Shown piece by piece: positions 10,941 through 20,607 of a DNA stretch of 64,000 nucleotides; the first letter of the stretch is position 1; each line of letters starts with the position of its first letter. Both the position numbers and the translations under genes were made by a program. A model generated the notes under the pieces. It was given only the letters and a program-made list of their open reading frames with translations, had not been told where the DNA came from and ran no database searches. The stretch is taken from the IMG/VR virus record IMGVR_UViG_3300020578_000011, one strand, 5' to 3'. This DNA comes from a virus.

Positions 10941-13900
10941 ATGCAGTGTGCCCGGTTGTGAAAGAGTGGTTTTAGCAAAAAATTACTGCAAACAACATTA
11001 TAAAAAATTCATATCAAGACCTAAGGAAAGAGCTCAAAAAGCAGCCTTGGCAAAGGTTGTTAAAGAAAATAAAGAAATAGAAATAGAAATCAAACCTAAA
11101 GAAGCGATAGAGATAAAAGATCCTCAGATAAAGAGCAATATAAAGTTAACAGCCGAGCAATTAGAGAAGATATTTTTTTCTCCCTGTAGAACTGAGCAAG
11201 AATTAAAAAATTATATTAAATTCTTTTTCGGTCTTCATCTCCCCGATTTTAAGGTATCGAGATACGCGGATACGACGCCCTTCCATGCCATTTGGGAGGT
11301 GTATGACATAACAGTAAATAAAAACAACCCTAAAAATATCCAAGAAATTCTATATGTTGCAGGACGTGGTAGCGGGAAGTGCGTTTTGCAAGACACTGAG
11401 ATTCTTACGCAAAATGGACTTAAACGTGTACAAGACGTCAAGATCGGCGATGTGGTCTGGACAGGCTGGTCCTGGAGATCAGTAGTCCAGACCTTCGACG
11501 AGGGAATCAAAGACGGAGTCACTTTAATCACCAAGTTTATGAGCAAGCACGGCGTGTGGTCGCTCACTGGTTCTTTAAAGCATCGCGTTCAGGCACTGCA
11601 TCCAGAGACCAACAAGATCGACTGGGTATACATGAAAGATCTAACTCCTGGTCAGCTAGTCTATAGATCTATAGAATCCTTGGGCCATCTGGTGGACGTT
11701 TCTTCTAAGGACTACGATCTTGGCTGGGTTGCTGGCTGCATAGTCGGCGACGGTTGTGTGGGCAGAGGAACAAACACGAATATATCTATGTGTGCAAAAG
11801 ACCCAGACCAGCTTGTACACTATGTGAGTCTGATAGACAGGCACCTAGGTGTGACGATAAACGTAAATTCCAGCTCTAAGTCTTCTGCTATAAAGAATGC
11901 GTCGTCTTCTACTAAGGCGTTCAGAGACTTCTTTAGGACGTACGTCGAGGGTGAACTCTGCTACTTCAAGAAACTAAAGACATTAGACCACAGTCCAAGC
12001 TTCTTGGCTGGATTCATCTCCGGTCTGATGGAGACCGATGGGTCCAAGGACTCGATCACTCTAGCCAACCCAGAACTCATACAGCAGATAGCCAAGATCC
12101 TCAATGTCTTCGGCGTGCACTCTGTAATAAATAAGAAGCGGAGAAAAGCGTCGACCACAAAGTTCGTAAAAGATCACATTGTCGAGTATCACTCGGTTGA
12201 GTACAAAACCCCGCTTCCAGAGTATGTAATGCCGCTTTTCTCTAAGCGCGATGCCTTTAAGGCGCACGCCGTCAAGATGAACGAACAGTTCCGATATCCT
12301 TCTAAGCTCATAAAGTCTTTTGCGGACCACATAAAGCAAAAATACGAGATCGCAAACGGGTACTGGCGTTTAGAGGCCGGCAAGAAAACTCATTCCGAGA
12401 TCAAGTACTCTAAGGATCTCTGGGGATCCGGCGAGAAGTCTAAAGAGTCTTATGTCTATGGCCACAAGATCGACTACTTTATAAGTCTGGCCAACCGCTT
12501 AGAAGAGCACGAGTGGGCAGAGTATCTGTCTTTCATCAGAAAGGGTTGCTACGAGACCGTAGATACCATAACGTTCGGCAAGCACTATTTCTACGATCTA
12601 GAGGTAGACGTCGATCACGCGTACTGGTCGAACGGCTTCATCAGCCATAACACTCTCGGCATGGCTATTGCAGAATTGATGGTTCTACTGCATGATCAAA
12701 GAGACGTGGTACATGTTGGCGCAATTCTTTCTCAGGCAAAAAGATGCTATGAATATCAGCAGAAGTTTTTATTAAACGATAGAATTAAACCAATCGTTAT
12801 GCCTCCTAAGACGCCAGAGGCATCTAGAATTCTTGAAAGAACAACAATGGAAAGATCTACGTTTAATGTATCTGGCGAAAAGATAACATTAGAAGTTCTT
12901 CCGTGTACATTGAAAGCATTAAACGGCCCACACGTTCCACTTGTTGTAGTTGATGAGATCGATACAGTATCTGGCGAGTCTGTCAAGGCATATAAGGAAA
13001 TATCTGGAATGCTTGACTCAAAAAGAGGAAAAAGACCTCTTCGTGTTGGTATTTCGACTAGAAAAACTAGATACGGTCTGATGAATCAAGCTATTGAAAA
13101 TGCAGAAAAACAAGGAAGAAATGTAAGAAGATGGACTGCATTTGAGTTTACAGAAAGATGTCCAGATTCAAGATCTGGAACTTCTAAAATAGAATTATTT
13201 ATTGATCAAAATTCTTTTGATGTCAGAACAAGAAATGATTATGAAAGATTAGCAACTCAAAAACAAAAAGACTATGAAAGACATGAGATGTTTGAAGGGT
13301 GCTTGAAATGTCCACTTGCACCAATATGCTTAGGTGATGCTAAAAAACAATCTTCTAAATCATCAATGTTAAAATCGATTGATGAACTTGCTCAAAAAGT
13401 CTTATCAGAAGGACCAGATTGGGCAATGGCTCAGCTTATGAATTTAAAACCAAGTGTAGAAGGAATTATATATAAAGAATTTGATGAAAGAACCCATGTC
13501 AAAACATGGAATCAAATGTGGCTTATTTTAACTGGTAAAGAGTTCCCTGGCGAGTGTGATCATGATATTTTTATAAAAAAATGTCACTCAATGGGACTTC
13601 AAGCATATGCAGGAATCGACTGGGGTTGGTCTAATCCACATACTTTGGTTGTATTTTTTGTAGACAGTAGAGAAAATATATATGTAGTTAGATGCGATGG
13701 TCAAACATACATATCAAGACCGGCATGGATGCATATAGTAAAACATAAATGGCATAATAACTATAGAATTCAATTATATTTTCCTGATATGGCAGACCCA
13801 GGTGATGCTCAGGAAATGAGAAAAATGGGTCTTCCGACTACAACTAACTCAGAAAAATCAAATATCAATGCAGGTGTTCAAGTTATTAAAAAATGGTTAA

Positions 13901-14313
13901 GAACACCAGGATCCAATGAGGCCAAGATATTTTTTGCAGCTGAAACATGTAAGCCAATAATACAGGAATTTCAATTATATCATTTTAAAGCAGATGCAGC
14001 TGGAAACATGACAGATGACCCAGACACAGAACATGATCACTGGCTCGACGCATTAAGATACTCTTTAATTAATTTATTTGGTAAAAATACTATAGTATTA
14101 GGATCTGCTGGCGTTGATATGGATGTTTCTAAAATAGTTGACTCTAGAGGTCATTTTATAAAACCACCTACTCCAGAGGAGTACGCAAAAGTTAATAATA
14201 TACCTTTTAATTCAGAGTATTCTACTGATAATATAGGTAAAATAGGAAGGCTATCTGAATTAGATGAAGACAGCGAACAATCTTCTGAAGGTGGCTTTCT
14301 TTGGACTATGTAA
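10933..14313 (+). CDS. terL: Terminase large subunit (intein-containing)
   Basis: Walker A GRGSGK|T split by the intein, Walker B VVVDE, nuclease GIDWG and DHWLDALRY; adjacent to the portal. Confidence 0.93.
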   Translation: MSKCSVPGCERVVLAKNYCKQHYKKFISRPKERAQKAALAKVVKENKEIEIEIKPKEAIEIKDPQIKSNIKLTAEQLEKIFFSPCRTEQELKNYIKFFFGLHLPDFKVSRYADTTPFHAIWEVYDITVNKNNPKNIQEILYVAGRGSGKCVLQDTEILTQNGLKRVQDVKIGDVVWTGWSWRSVVQTFDEGIKDGVTLITKFMSKHGVWSLTGSLKHRVQALHPETNKIDWVYMKDLTPGQLVYRSIESLGHLVDVSSKDYDLGWVAGCIVGDGCVGRGTNTNISMCAKDPDQLVHYVSLIDRHLGVTINVNSSSKSSAIKNASSSTKAFRDFFRTYVEGELCYFKKLKTLDHSPSFLAGFISGLMETDGSKDSITLANPELIQQIAKILNVFGVHSVINKKRRKASTTKFVKDHIVEYHSVEYKTPLPEYVMPLFSKRDAFKAHAVKMNEQFRYPSKLIKSFADHIKQKYEIANGYWRLEAGKKTHSEIKYSKDLWGSGEKSKESYVYGHKIDYFISLANRLEEHEWAEYLSFIRKGCYETVDTITFGKHYFYDLEVDVDHAYWSNGFISHNTLGMAIAELMVLLHDQRDVVHVGAILSQAKRCYEYQQKFLLNDRIKPIVMPPKTPEASRILERTTMERSTFNVSGEKITLEVLPCTLKALNGPHVPLVVVDEIDTVSGESVKAYKEISGMLDSKRGKRPLRVGISTRKTRYGLMNQAIENAEKQGRNVRRWTAFEFTERCPDSRSGTSKIELFIDQNSFDVRTRNDYERLATQKQKDYERHEMFEGCLKCPLAPICLGDAKKQSSKSSMLKSIDELAQKVLSEGPDWAMAQLMNLKPSVEGIIYKEFDERTHVKTWNQMWLILTGKEFPGECDHDIFIKKCHSMGLQAYAGIDWGWSNPHTLVVFFVDSRENIYVVRCDGQTYISRPAWMHIVKHKWHNNYRIQLYFPDMADPGDAQEMRKMGLPTTTNSEKSNINAGVQVIKKWLRTPGSNEAKIFFAAETCKPIIQEFQLYHFKADAAGNMTDDPDTEHDHWLDALRYSLINLFGKNTIVLGSAGVDMDVSKIVDSRGHFIKPPTPEEYAKVNNIPFNSEYSTDNIGKIGRLSELDEDSEQSSEGGFLWTM
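11380..12651 (+). mobile_element. Intein (424 aa) with LAGLIDADG homing endonuclease
   Basis: Begins with C (CVLQDT), block B 'LTGSLKHRV', ends 'YDLEV..HAYWSNGFISHN' followed by T. LAGLIDADG motifs GCIVGDG and SGLMETDG. Visibly higher GC. Confidence 0.95.
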
Positions 14314-14343
14314 TCCGGTATGATATATAAGGGGATTTTGTAA

Positions 14344-16287
14344 ATGTCATGGTTTGAAGATTTAAAAAAATCAATACAAGACCGTCTTGTAGAAGATATC
14401 GAGCAAATGACCAAAGCAGACGCAGATAAACTTCCAGAGAAGCCACAATCAGAAAATCAAGAATCAGGTCTTGTAAGAGGTAAGGCGATATTAACAGACC
14501 CTTATTTTGAACAAGCAAGTAATAATTATTTTCTTTCAAAAAATAAAATAAGCAGAATATCAAATAGAACTCTTAGAGACATGTCTCAAAGAGATTGGCT
14601 TGTTAGCACAATCTTACAAATAAGAGCAGATACTGTTTTAAGATTTTCAAGACGTCCAGAGCGCAGATACGATATGGGTTTTCGTGTCGTCAAAAGAGAT
14701 CACAGCGAGTCATTGTCTGAACAAGATATTGATAATATAAATATGTTGGAAAGTTATATATATAATTGTGGCAGAACTGAAAATGTCCCCAAAGGACAAG
14801 AAATGCTTTTAGGTGAATTTTTAAAATTAATAGTTAGAGATGGTCTTACTTTTGGATATGTGGCAGTTGAAAAAGTCTTAACAAGAACCGGGGCTCTTCA
14901 TCGCTTCAGACCTCTTCCTGCTGAAACAATGTACTTAATAAATCAAGCAATCAATAAAACAGTTGTAGAAGATCAAGTTAAAACTGCAATCAATATGTAT
15001 CATACTAAAAAAAGCGACAATGATCCAAGGGCGGATGGGTATCTTGCGCCTAGAGAAATAGATTATTATAAGTATGTTCAATTATCAACAGACAATAGAG
15101 TTTTAAATGCCTTTGGTGATGAAGACATGGTGTTTAAATTATTTAATCCACAAAACTATGCTGACTCTAATGGATATTGCATATCTGTAGTTGAGCAGGC
15201 AATCATAATGATAACAAATCATCTAAATATAGAGGCATATAATGCTAATTTTTTTACACATGGATATGCTGCAAGGGGTATTCTTCATTTAAAAGGTGCT
15301 GTTACTCAAAATACTCTTGCTTCTTTTAGAAGACAATTTTACAACACAATATCCGGATCCGCAAATGCTTGGAGAACTCCAATTGTTGCAGGCCTTGATG
15401 ATGTTCAATGGGTTCCAATGTCGGGTTCTGCACGTGAGATGGAGTATATAAATTTTAATTCTCATATAATGAGAGCTATTTGCGCACAATTTCAAATAGA
15501 TCCAATAGAAGTTGGATTAGATTATCTTACAACGGCAAACGGCAGAGCAAGTGCACAAGCTAAAGAATCTGGTCAATTTAAAATAACATACTCTCGTGAA
15601 CGAGGTCTAATTCCCATATTAATGCTTGTTGAAGACTTATTTAATCAAGATATCCTACCTGCTTTAGACAAAGATCTTGCAGATAAATATAAATTTAAAT
15701 TTGTTGGATACACAGATGACACGGCAATGACTGATATAAGTCTTCGTCAGGCACAGATGACAGTTTTTTCTTCAATGAATGATCTTCTTCACAATGAAGA
15801 AAAAACACAAATAAACCACCCCGCTGCAAATCTTCCATTGAATCAATCTTTTTGGAATCTTGTTGAAAAAAACATGACCCGTGGAGAGATTCGTGAATTT
15901 TTCTTTGGAGATAAGGGAGCATCTAAAAGACCAGAGTTGCAATATCTTCCATCGGATCCGGCATTTTTATCTTGGAATCAGTTAATGATGACAATTAATG
16001 TTCAACAACAACAAAAAGAAATACAAAAACAACAACAGCAACAACAGCAACAAATGCAACAACAACAAATAAAACTTCAAGAAAGTCAAGAACAAAGAGA
16101 ACAAGAAGCGCATGATCATCAGATATCTGAGTCTAAACAAGAGCAAGCAAACTCTGTTGTAAGATCTCAAGATCTTTCTAGTCTACAAGATTTGGCTAGA
16201 CAATACGGTGCCACAAAAGCAACAAACATAGGCGGAAAAGAATTAAAAAATCCAATAAATACCCTTGAAGAAATAGAAAAAAAATAA
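14344..16287 (+). CDS. Portal protein
   Basis: Follows TerL. YNANFFTHG..RGIL, SGSANAWRTP, REMEY, ICAQFQIDPIEVG, GLIPIL. Gln-rich tail. Confidence 0.9.
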   Translation: MSWFEDLKKSIQDRLVEDIEQMTKADADKLPEKPQSENQESGLVRGKAILTDPYFEQASNNYFLSKNKISRISNRTLRDMSQRDWLVSTILQIRADTVLRFSRRPERRYDMGFRVVKRDHSESLSEQDIDNINMLESYIYNCGRTENVPKGQEMLLGEFLKLIVRDGLTFGYVAVEKVLTRTGALHRFRPLPAETMYLINQAINKTVVEDQVKTAINMYHTKKSDNDPRADGYLAPREIDYYKYVQLSTDNRVLNAFGDEDMVFKLFNPQNYADSNGYCISVVEQAIIMITNHLNIEAYNANFFTHGYAARGILHLKGAVTQNTLASFRRQFYNTISGSANAWRTPIVAGLDDVQWVPMSGSAREMEYINFNSHIMRAICAQFQIDPIEVGLDYLTTANGRASAQAKESGQFKITYSRERGLIPILMLVEDLFNQDILPALDKDLADKYKFKFVGYTDDTAMTDISLRQAQMTVFSSMNDLLHNEEKTQINHPAANLPLNQSFWNLVEKNMTRGEIREFFFGDKGASKRPELQYLPSDPAFLSWNQLMMTINVQQQQKEIQKQQQQQQQQMQQQQIKLQESQEQREQEAHDHQISESKQEQANSVVRSQDLSSLQDLARQYGATKATNIGGKELKNPINTLEEIEKK

Positions 16288-16342
16288 ACTAAAATAATAA
16301 TACATAAAAGTATAATATTTATATCTGCAGGAGATTATAAAT

Positions 16343-17182
16343 ATGACTTTTGTAATAATTGAAGGTCTCGATCGAACTGCAAAGACAACGCTTGCTGGTC
16401 TTTATAATAAAAAAGGCTATAAAACAGTTCATTTTTCCGCCCCGGATAAGAAATATTTTCAAACCGGATACTCAGGTCCTTCTTATTTAGAAGATCTTGT
16501 GGAAATGTTTGTTTCTTTATCTGGACAGGATGTTGTCTTTGATAGATCTCATTACGGTGAATTAATATGGCCTTATGTCTACAACAGAAGACCATTGTTA
16601 AATCATTTTGACTTAGAGATCTTAAGAGAAATTGAATCTCAAAATAAAACAGAATATATATTAATGCATGATCCAAATATAGAATCTCATTGGAGAAGAT
16701 GTCTTCAGTATAAAGAGCCATTAACACGAACACAATTTGATTCAGCTAGATCTATGTTTAATGATATGGCTAATCAATATGATTTTGTACAATTAACAAT
16801 AGAAGATGTGGAAAATAAAATAGGAATGTCTTTACTTGAAAAAGAGAAAGAAAAAATACAAATCTCAGATGCAGAGATGGCGTCATCGAAGAGCGAAGAT
16901 ACGGATGTGGTTTCTATTAGAAAAAATAAAAGTGATATGTTACTTTCTCCCGAGCAATTAAAATTAGCAGAAGCAAATGCTATAAATCAAATTTTAATTG
17001 GAAGAATAGTAAAGAAAAAAGGTGATCATTTTGATTCAATAGAACAAAAAATAAGAGATTTCTTGAATAATGAATTATCAAATTTACTGGGAACTACAAT
17101 AAAAAACAATAATAATTTATTTTCTAATGAAGAAATAGATTTTTTAAAAGCAGTTGTTAAAAGAATGAAGGAGAAAAAATGA
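16343..17182 (+). CDS. dNMP/thymidylate kinase-like protein with C-terminal extension
   Basis: IIEGLDRTAKTT P-loop and FDRSHYGE. Confidence 0.8.
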   Translation: MTFVIIEGLDRTAKTTLAGLYNKKGYKTVHFSAPDKKYFQTGYSGPSYLEDLVEMFVSLSGQDVVFDRSHYGELIWPYVYNRRPLLNHFDLEILREIESQNKTEYILMHDPNIESHWRRCLQYKEPLTRTQFDSARSMFNDMANQYDFVQLTIEDVENKIGMSLLEKEKEKIQISDAEMASSKSEDTDVVSIRKNKSDMLLSPEQLKLAEANAINQILIGRIVKKKGDHFDSIEQKIRDFLNNELSNLLGTTIKNNNNLFSNEEIDFLKAVVKRMKEKK

Positions 17183-17724
17183 AGATGGTAAATCAACAAA
17201 AAACAAATCAAATACAAAGAATTGAAACTTTAGAAAAACATATTGAAAATTTATCAATGGCACTTAGAGTAAACCAAATACTATTAAAGCAAACAATAGA
17301 CCAATTGCAGCCAATGCAATCAGAGCTAAAGACAAACACTAGTATACTTAGTGATTTTCAATATAGGGTTCTTGGATTGCAAAAATATCTTCCAATAAAT
17401 AACGAGGAGCTAACTTCTATTGTCAATGAATTAAAATCAACAGACTGGGATCGAGCATCTGACAAAGATGATTTAGATAAAAAACTTGAAAAAAAAGAAT
17501 TTGTTTCATCAAAAAATGACATAGTTATAATATCTTCTGTTGTATTGGAAGGAGAAAATGTTAAAGGCGGTATATTTAGATCAAAGATAAAATTAGAAGA
17601 AGCAGGCCAAGGTCTTGTTGATGTTCTTTTAAATAAAAAAGTAGGAGAAACAGTAGAGGCTGTGTTAAACGATGAGAAACATTTAGTAAGTTTATTAGGT
17701 GTTAGGACTACGAATTTAGAATGA
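17179..17724 (+). CDS. Coiled-coil protein with GreA/FKBP-like C-terminal domain
   Basis: N-terminal coiled coil; C-terminal 'LVDVLLNKKVGETVEA' resembles the Gre C-domain LxGKKVGD. Confidence 0.4.
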   Translation: MKMVNQQKTNQIQRIETLEKHIENLSMALRVNQILLKQTIDQLQPMQSELKTNTSILSDFQYRVLGLQKYLPINNEELTSIVNELKSTDWDRASDKDDLDKKLEKKEFVSSKNDIVIISSVVLEGENVKGGIFRSKIKLEEAGQGLVDVLLNKKVGETVEAVLNDEKHLVSLLGVRTTNLE

Positions 17725-18137
17725 ATGATACTAAAGAAAGATTTGATAAAAAATGCCCACGTCAGTTGAAAGACTATCCTAAGGGATATTGTCCATTAGC
17801 TGTTATTCGCCTAAAATGGCTTAGATCTCTTGGTAGAGAGCCAACTGAAGAAGAAGAACTCAATGCTCCTGGGTGCAATTGGGCAATTAATCATCAAATG
17901 TCTAGTTATTGTTGGTTTGTTTATGAAACAAAATTTATGCCAGATTCTCCTGTATCCGATGTTGAAATAGCTGCTGCTTTAAACATTTCTATAGAAACAG
18001 TAAAACAAGTTGCAGATTCTGCAATGTCAAAAGTGCAATCTTCTGAACTCGTGGTAGAACTAAAGAAGACTTTAGACGGGGAGTCTATCGTTGATGAAGT
18101 TCTCGGAGTTGAAGATGAAGCAATCTATTGCGAATAA
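17721..18137 (+). CDS. Cys-rich protein with sigma70 region 4-like HTH
   Basis: Four Cys, then 'SDVEIAAALNISIETVKQVADSAMSKV'. Confidence 0.6.
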   Translation: MNDTKERFDKKCPRQLKDYPKGYCPLAVIRLKWLRSLGREPTEEEELNAPGCNWAINHQMSSYCWFVYETKFMPDSPVSDVEIAAALNISIETVKQVADSAMSKVQSSELVVELKKTLDGESIVDEVLGVEDEAIYCE

Positions 18138-18381
18138 AGATTTAAAATCTAAAAATCTTCCAGAGATTCAATTAAAAAATCAAGAATTAGAAGAAGATGA
18201 AGAATTAGAAGAAAGTCAAGAATTAGAAGAAGATGAAGAATTAGAAGATTTAGAAGATTTAGATTTAATGAACCCTTCTGATTTTATTGAATTAATAAGC
18301 AATAATTATATATGTAGAAAAAACACTGGAAGATCTAGATTAAAACTCCACCCTAGTAAAATAAATATAAAAAATTACTAG
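18091..18381 (+). CDS. Small acidic repeat protein
   Basis: ORF with a duplicated QELEEDEELEE; start uncertain. Confidence 0.45.
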   Translation: MMKFSELKMKQSIANKDLKSKNLPEIQLKNQELEEDEELEESQELEEDEELEDLEDLDLMNPSDFIELISNNYICRKNTGRSRLKLHPSKINIKNY

Positions 18382-18389
18382 TAATTAAA

Positions 18390-18417
18390 CTAATAAGATC
18401 TGATACAATCTTATTAG
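18390..18417 (+). promoter_or_regulatory. Extended -10 promoter TGATACAAT within a 10-bp inverted repeat
   Basis: CTAATAAGAT-ctgataca-ATCTTATTAG, upstream of the protease SD. Confidence 0.55.
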
Positions 18418-18429
18418 AAAGGGAGTTTT

Positions 18430-19311
18430 ATGGCTACTAAATTTGATGCGGTTGCAGGATCTGAGTTAAGAGACATTCAAGGAGAAATTCTAGATGTCAA
18501 AGGCGCAGATATTTCAGAATTAGAAGCTGGTCAAGGAATTGTTAACGACAACCATAGCAATAAGCTACCCGATGTCATCGGTAGAGTAACTGGTGCAAAA
18601 AAAATATTTAAAGTAGAAGATTGCGAAAGTGATCGTCAAAAATATTTTTGGAATAAAATAAAAGCTCCATATATATATGTTACAGGTGAACTTTTTGACG
18701 ATGAAGACCATAGATCAGCAAGGGCAGCGGCGGCTATATTAAGACATCAGCACAAAACAGATTCTCCACTTAAGCTAAAGTGCTCCGTAGAAGGAGGTAT
18801 AGTAGAAAGAGGCGAGAAAGACGATAGAATTTTAAAAAGAACAAAAATTAAAGGTTTAGCATTGACCTTTACTCCAGCCAATAATGCAACTCTTGTTGAG
18901 GGAGTTGATTTAAATAAAAGCAATAATCCACAAGAATTTGAATTAATAAAATCAATATCTCATCTAGCGAGAAAAGATGTTCCCTCTTTTATAGAAATGG
19001 CTGATACATTATCTGAAATTAAAATATTATCAAATGTAGAAAAAATAAAAGAAACAATATTAACTTTAAAAAAAAATAACATAAATAAAGCATTAGTCGC
19101 TGGATATGGCTCAGCAGGATCTCCGACAAGCCTAACTGGCGGCGGCGTTTTTCAAACTGAATCTATTGATACAAAATCAAATAAAAATCAGTATATAGAA
19201 TGTCCATCATGTGGTAAAGAGCAACCATATGTTGTATATCAAGTTAAATGTCGATCTTGTAATAAGCATTTTCCATTTGACACATTAGCTAAGTTCTTTA
19301 TAAATAAATAG
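18430..19311 (+). CDS. Prohead protease with C-terminal Zn ribbon
   Basis: RDIQGEIL, NDNH, CSVEG (catalytic Ser), LALTFTPAN; C-terminal CPSC...CRSC; lies before scaffold and MCP. Confidence 0.8.
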   Translation: MATKFDAVAGSELRDIQGEILDVKGADISELEAGQGIVNDNHSNKLPDVIGRVTGAKKIFKVEDCESDRQKYFWNKIKAPYIYVTGELFDDEDHRSARAAAAILRHQHKTDSPLKLKCSVEGGIVERGEKDDRILKRTKIKGLALTFTPANNATLVEGVDLNKSNNPQEFELIKSISHLARKDVPSFIEMADTLSEIKILSNVEKIKETILTLKKNNINKALVAGYGSAGSPTSLTGGGVFQTESIDTKSNKNQYIECPSCGKEQPYVVYQVKCRSCNKHFPFDTLAKFFINK

Positions 19312-19411
19312 TTGTAATTAATTGATATTATTAAAGTCACGTTTAACTATAATAATATGGTATATTTAAGTATTGTCGTGGATGGTTTGCATTTGATAAA
19401 AGGAGCAAAAC

Positions 19412-19795
19412 ATGGCTAATTCTGTCCAGGTTCTTGATAAAGTGGCACGAAACCTCAATCAGCTAGGCGTTCCTGCTGTTCGTGGGGCTTCTTCAGTATC
19501 GGCTGCAGGACTTACTATATCTTATGTAAGCGCCTCGGTCCAATCTCCAATGGGTGGCGTTGACAAAGATGCTTCTCCATTTCTTGGTATTGGCGTTGCT
19601 GCGCCAGGTAAATTAAAAATCAAAGGTGCTGCTGGTGAAAATTCACTTGCTGCAATTTTGGACACTGCAGCGGCGGTAAATGTTCTTGCTGTTTGTTCTC
19701 GTTTTGCTAACAATCTCCAGATCGAAGCTGGTGATTCGGCATCAGTTCTTGTAGAACTCGCTGGTCATACAGATCTTTTGATGGTTGGTGAATAA
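19412..19795 (+). CDS. Virion structural protein (possible head decoration)
   Basis: Ala/Gly-rich, strong SD, head operon. Confidence 0.55.
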   Translation: MANSVQVLDKVARNLNQLGVPAVRGASSVSAAGLTISYVSASVQSPMGGVDKDASPFLGIGVAAPGKLKIKGAAGENSLAAILDTAAAVNVLAVCSRFANNLQIEAGDSASVLVELAGHTDLLMVGE

Positions 19796-19813
19796 TATAA
19801 AAGGAGTTTTGCT

Positions 19814-20596
19814 ATGACTACAAAATTAAGCAAAAGTCTCGCCGATCTCATTGATGAAACTCTAGCTGAAATCGAAGAACTAAAAAAGTCTGATCGTTTT
19901 TCTGCTGAAGAAATCGAACTTGGAGAAAAGTCAGCACAAGGCGGAATGGCTAAGGGCGACGAAGAGGACGATGAGAAAGACGAAGACGAAGACGAAGACG
20001 AAGAAGCTAAGAAAGCAGAAGACGACGAAGACGAAGACGACGAAGAGCATGAAGAAGAAGATGAAGCCAAAAAAGCTGAAGAAGAATGCGAAAAAGCAGA
20101 AGCTGAAATGGCCAAGGCTGAAGATGAGTGCGAGAAAGCAGAGCATGCTTATTCAAAAGCGCTTAAAAAGCGTGAGATGTGTAAAGCAGAACTTGAGCAT
20201 AAACTCAAGAAAAAAGAGATGAAAAAACCTCACTGGGCTAAGAAATCAGAAGGTGTCAATCTCATGGTCAAAGAAGAAAAAGAGATGAAGAAGTCACTTG
20301 CAAAATCAATTGACGAAAGAATCTCACCTCTTGAGACCAAACTTTCTCAAGTTTTAGATGTTGTTAAACAACTTGCAGATACCCCATTCCCACAGCGTGG
20401 ACACACGTATCGTCAAATCCAGCCTCTTGCAAAAAGCACTGGAGATGTAGAACCTCTTAATAAGACAGCTGTTCTTAATAAACTTCTTGATCTTAAGAAG
20501 ACTGGAACAGATGTCGATGCTGCAGATGTGATTCGTGTAGAAGTTGGTGGAAATGGTGATCTTAACGAAGTTGCTAACAAATATGGAATTAAATAA
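19814..20596 (+). CDS. Capsid scaffold protein
   Basis: Highly charged E/D/K coiled coil with many xK-S/A sites, directly before the MCP. Confidence 0.7.
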   Translation: MTTKLSKSLADLIDETLAEIEELKKSDRFSAEEIELGEKSAQGGMAKGDEEDDEKDEDEDEDEEAKKAEDDEDEDDEEHEEEDEAKKAEEECEKAEAEMAKAEDECEKAEHAYSKALKKREMCKAELEHKLKKKEMKKPHWAKKSEGVNLMVKEEKEMKKSLAKSIDERISPLETKLSQVLDVVKQLADTPFPQRGHTYRQIQPLAKSTGDVEPLNKTAVLNKLLDLKKTGTDVDAADVIRVEVGGNGDLNEVANKYGIK

Positions 20597-20607
20597 GGAG
20601 AAAAATA

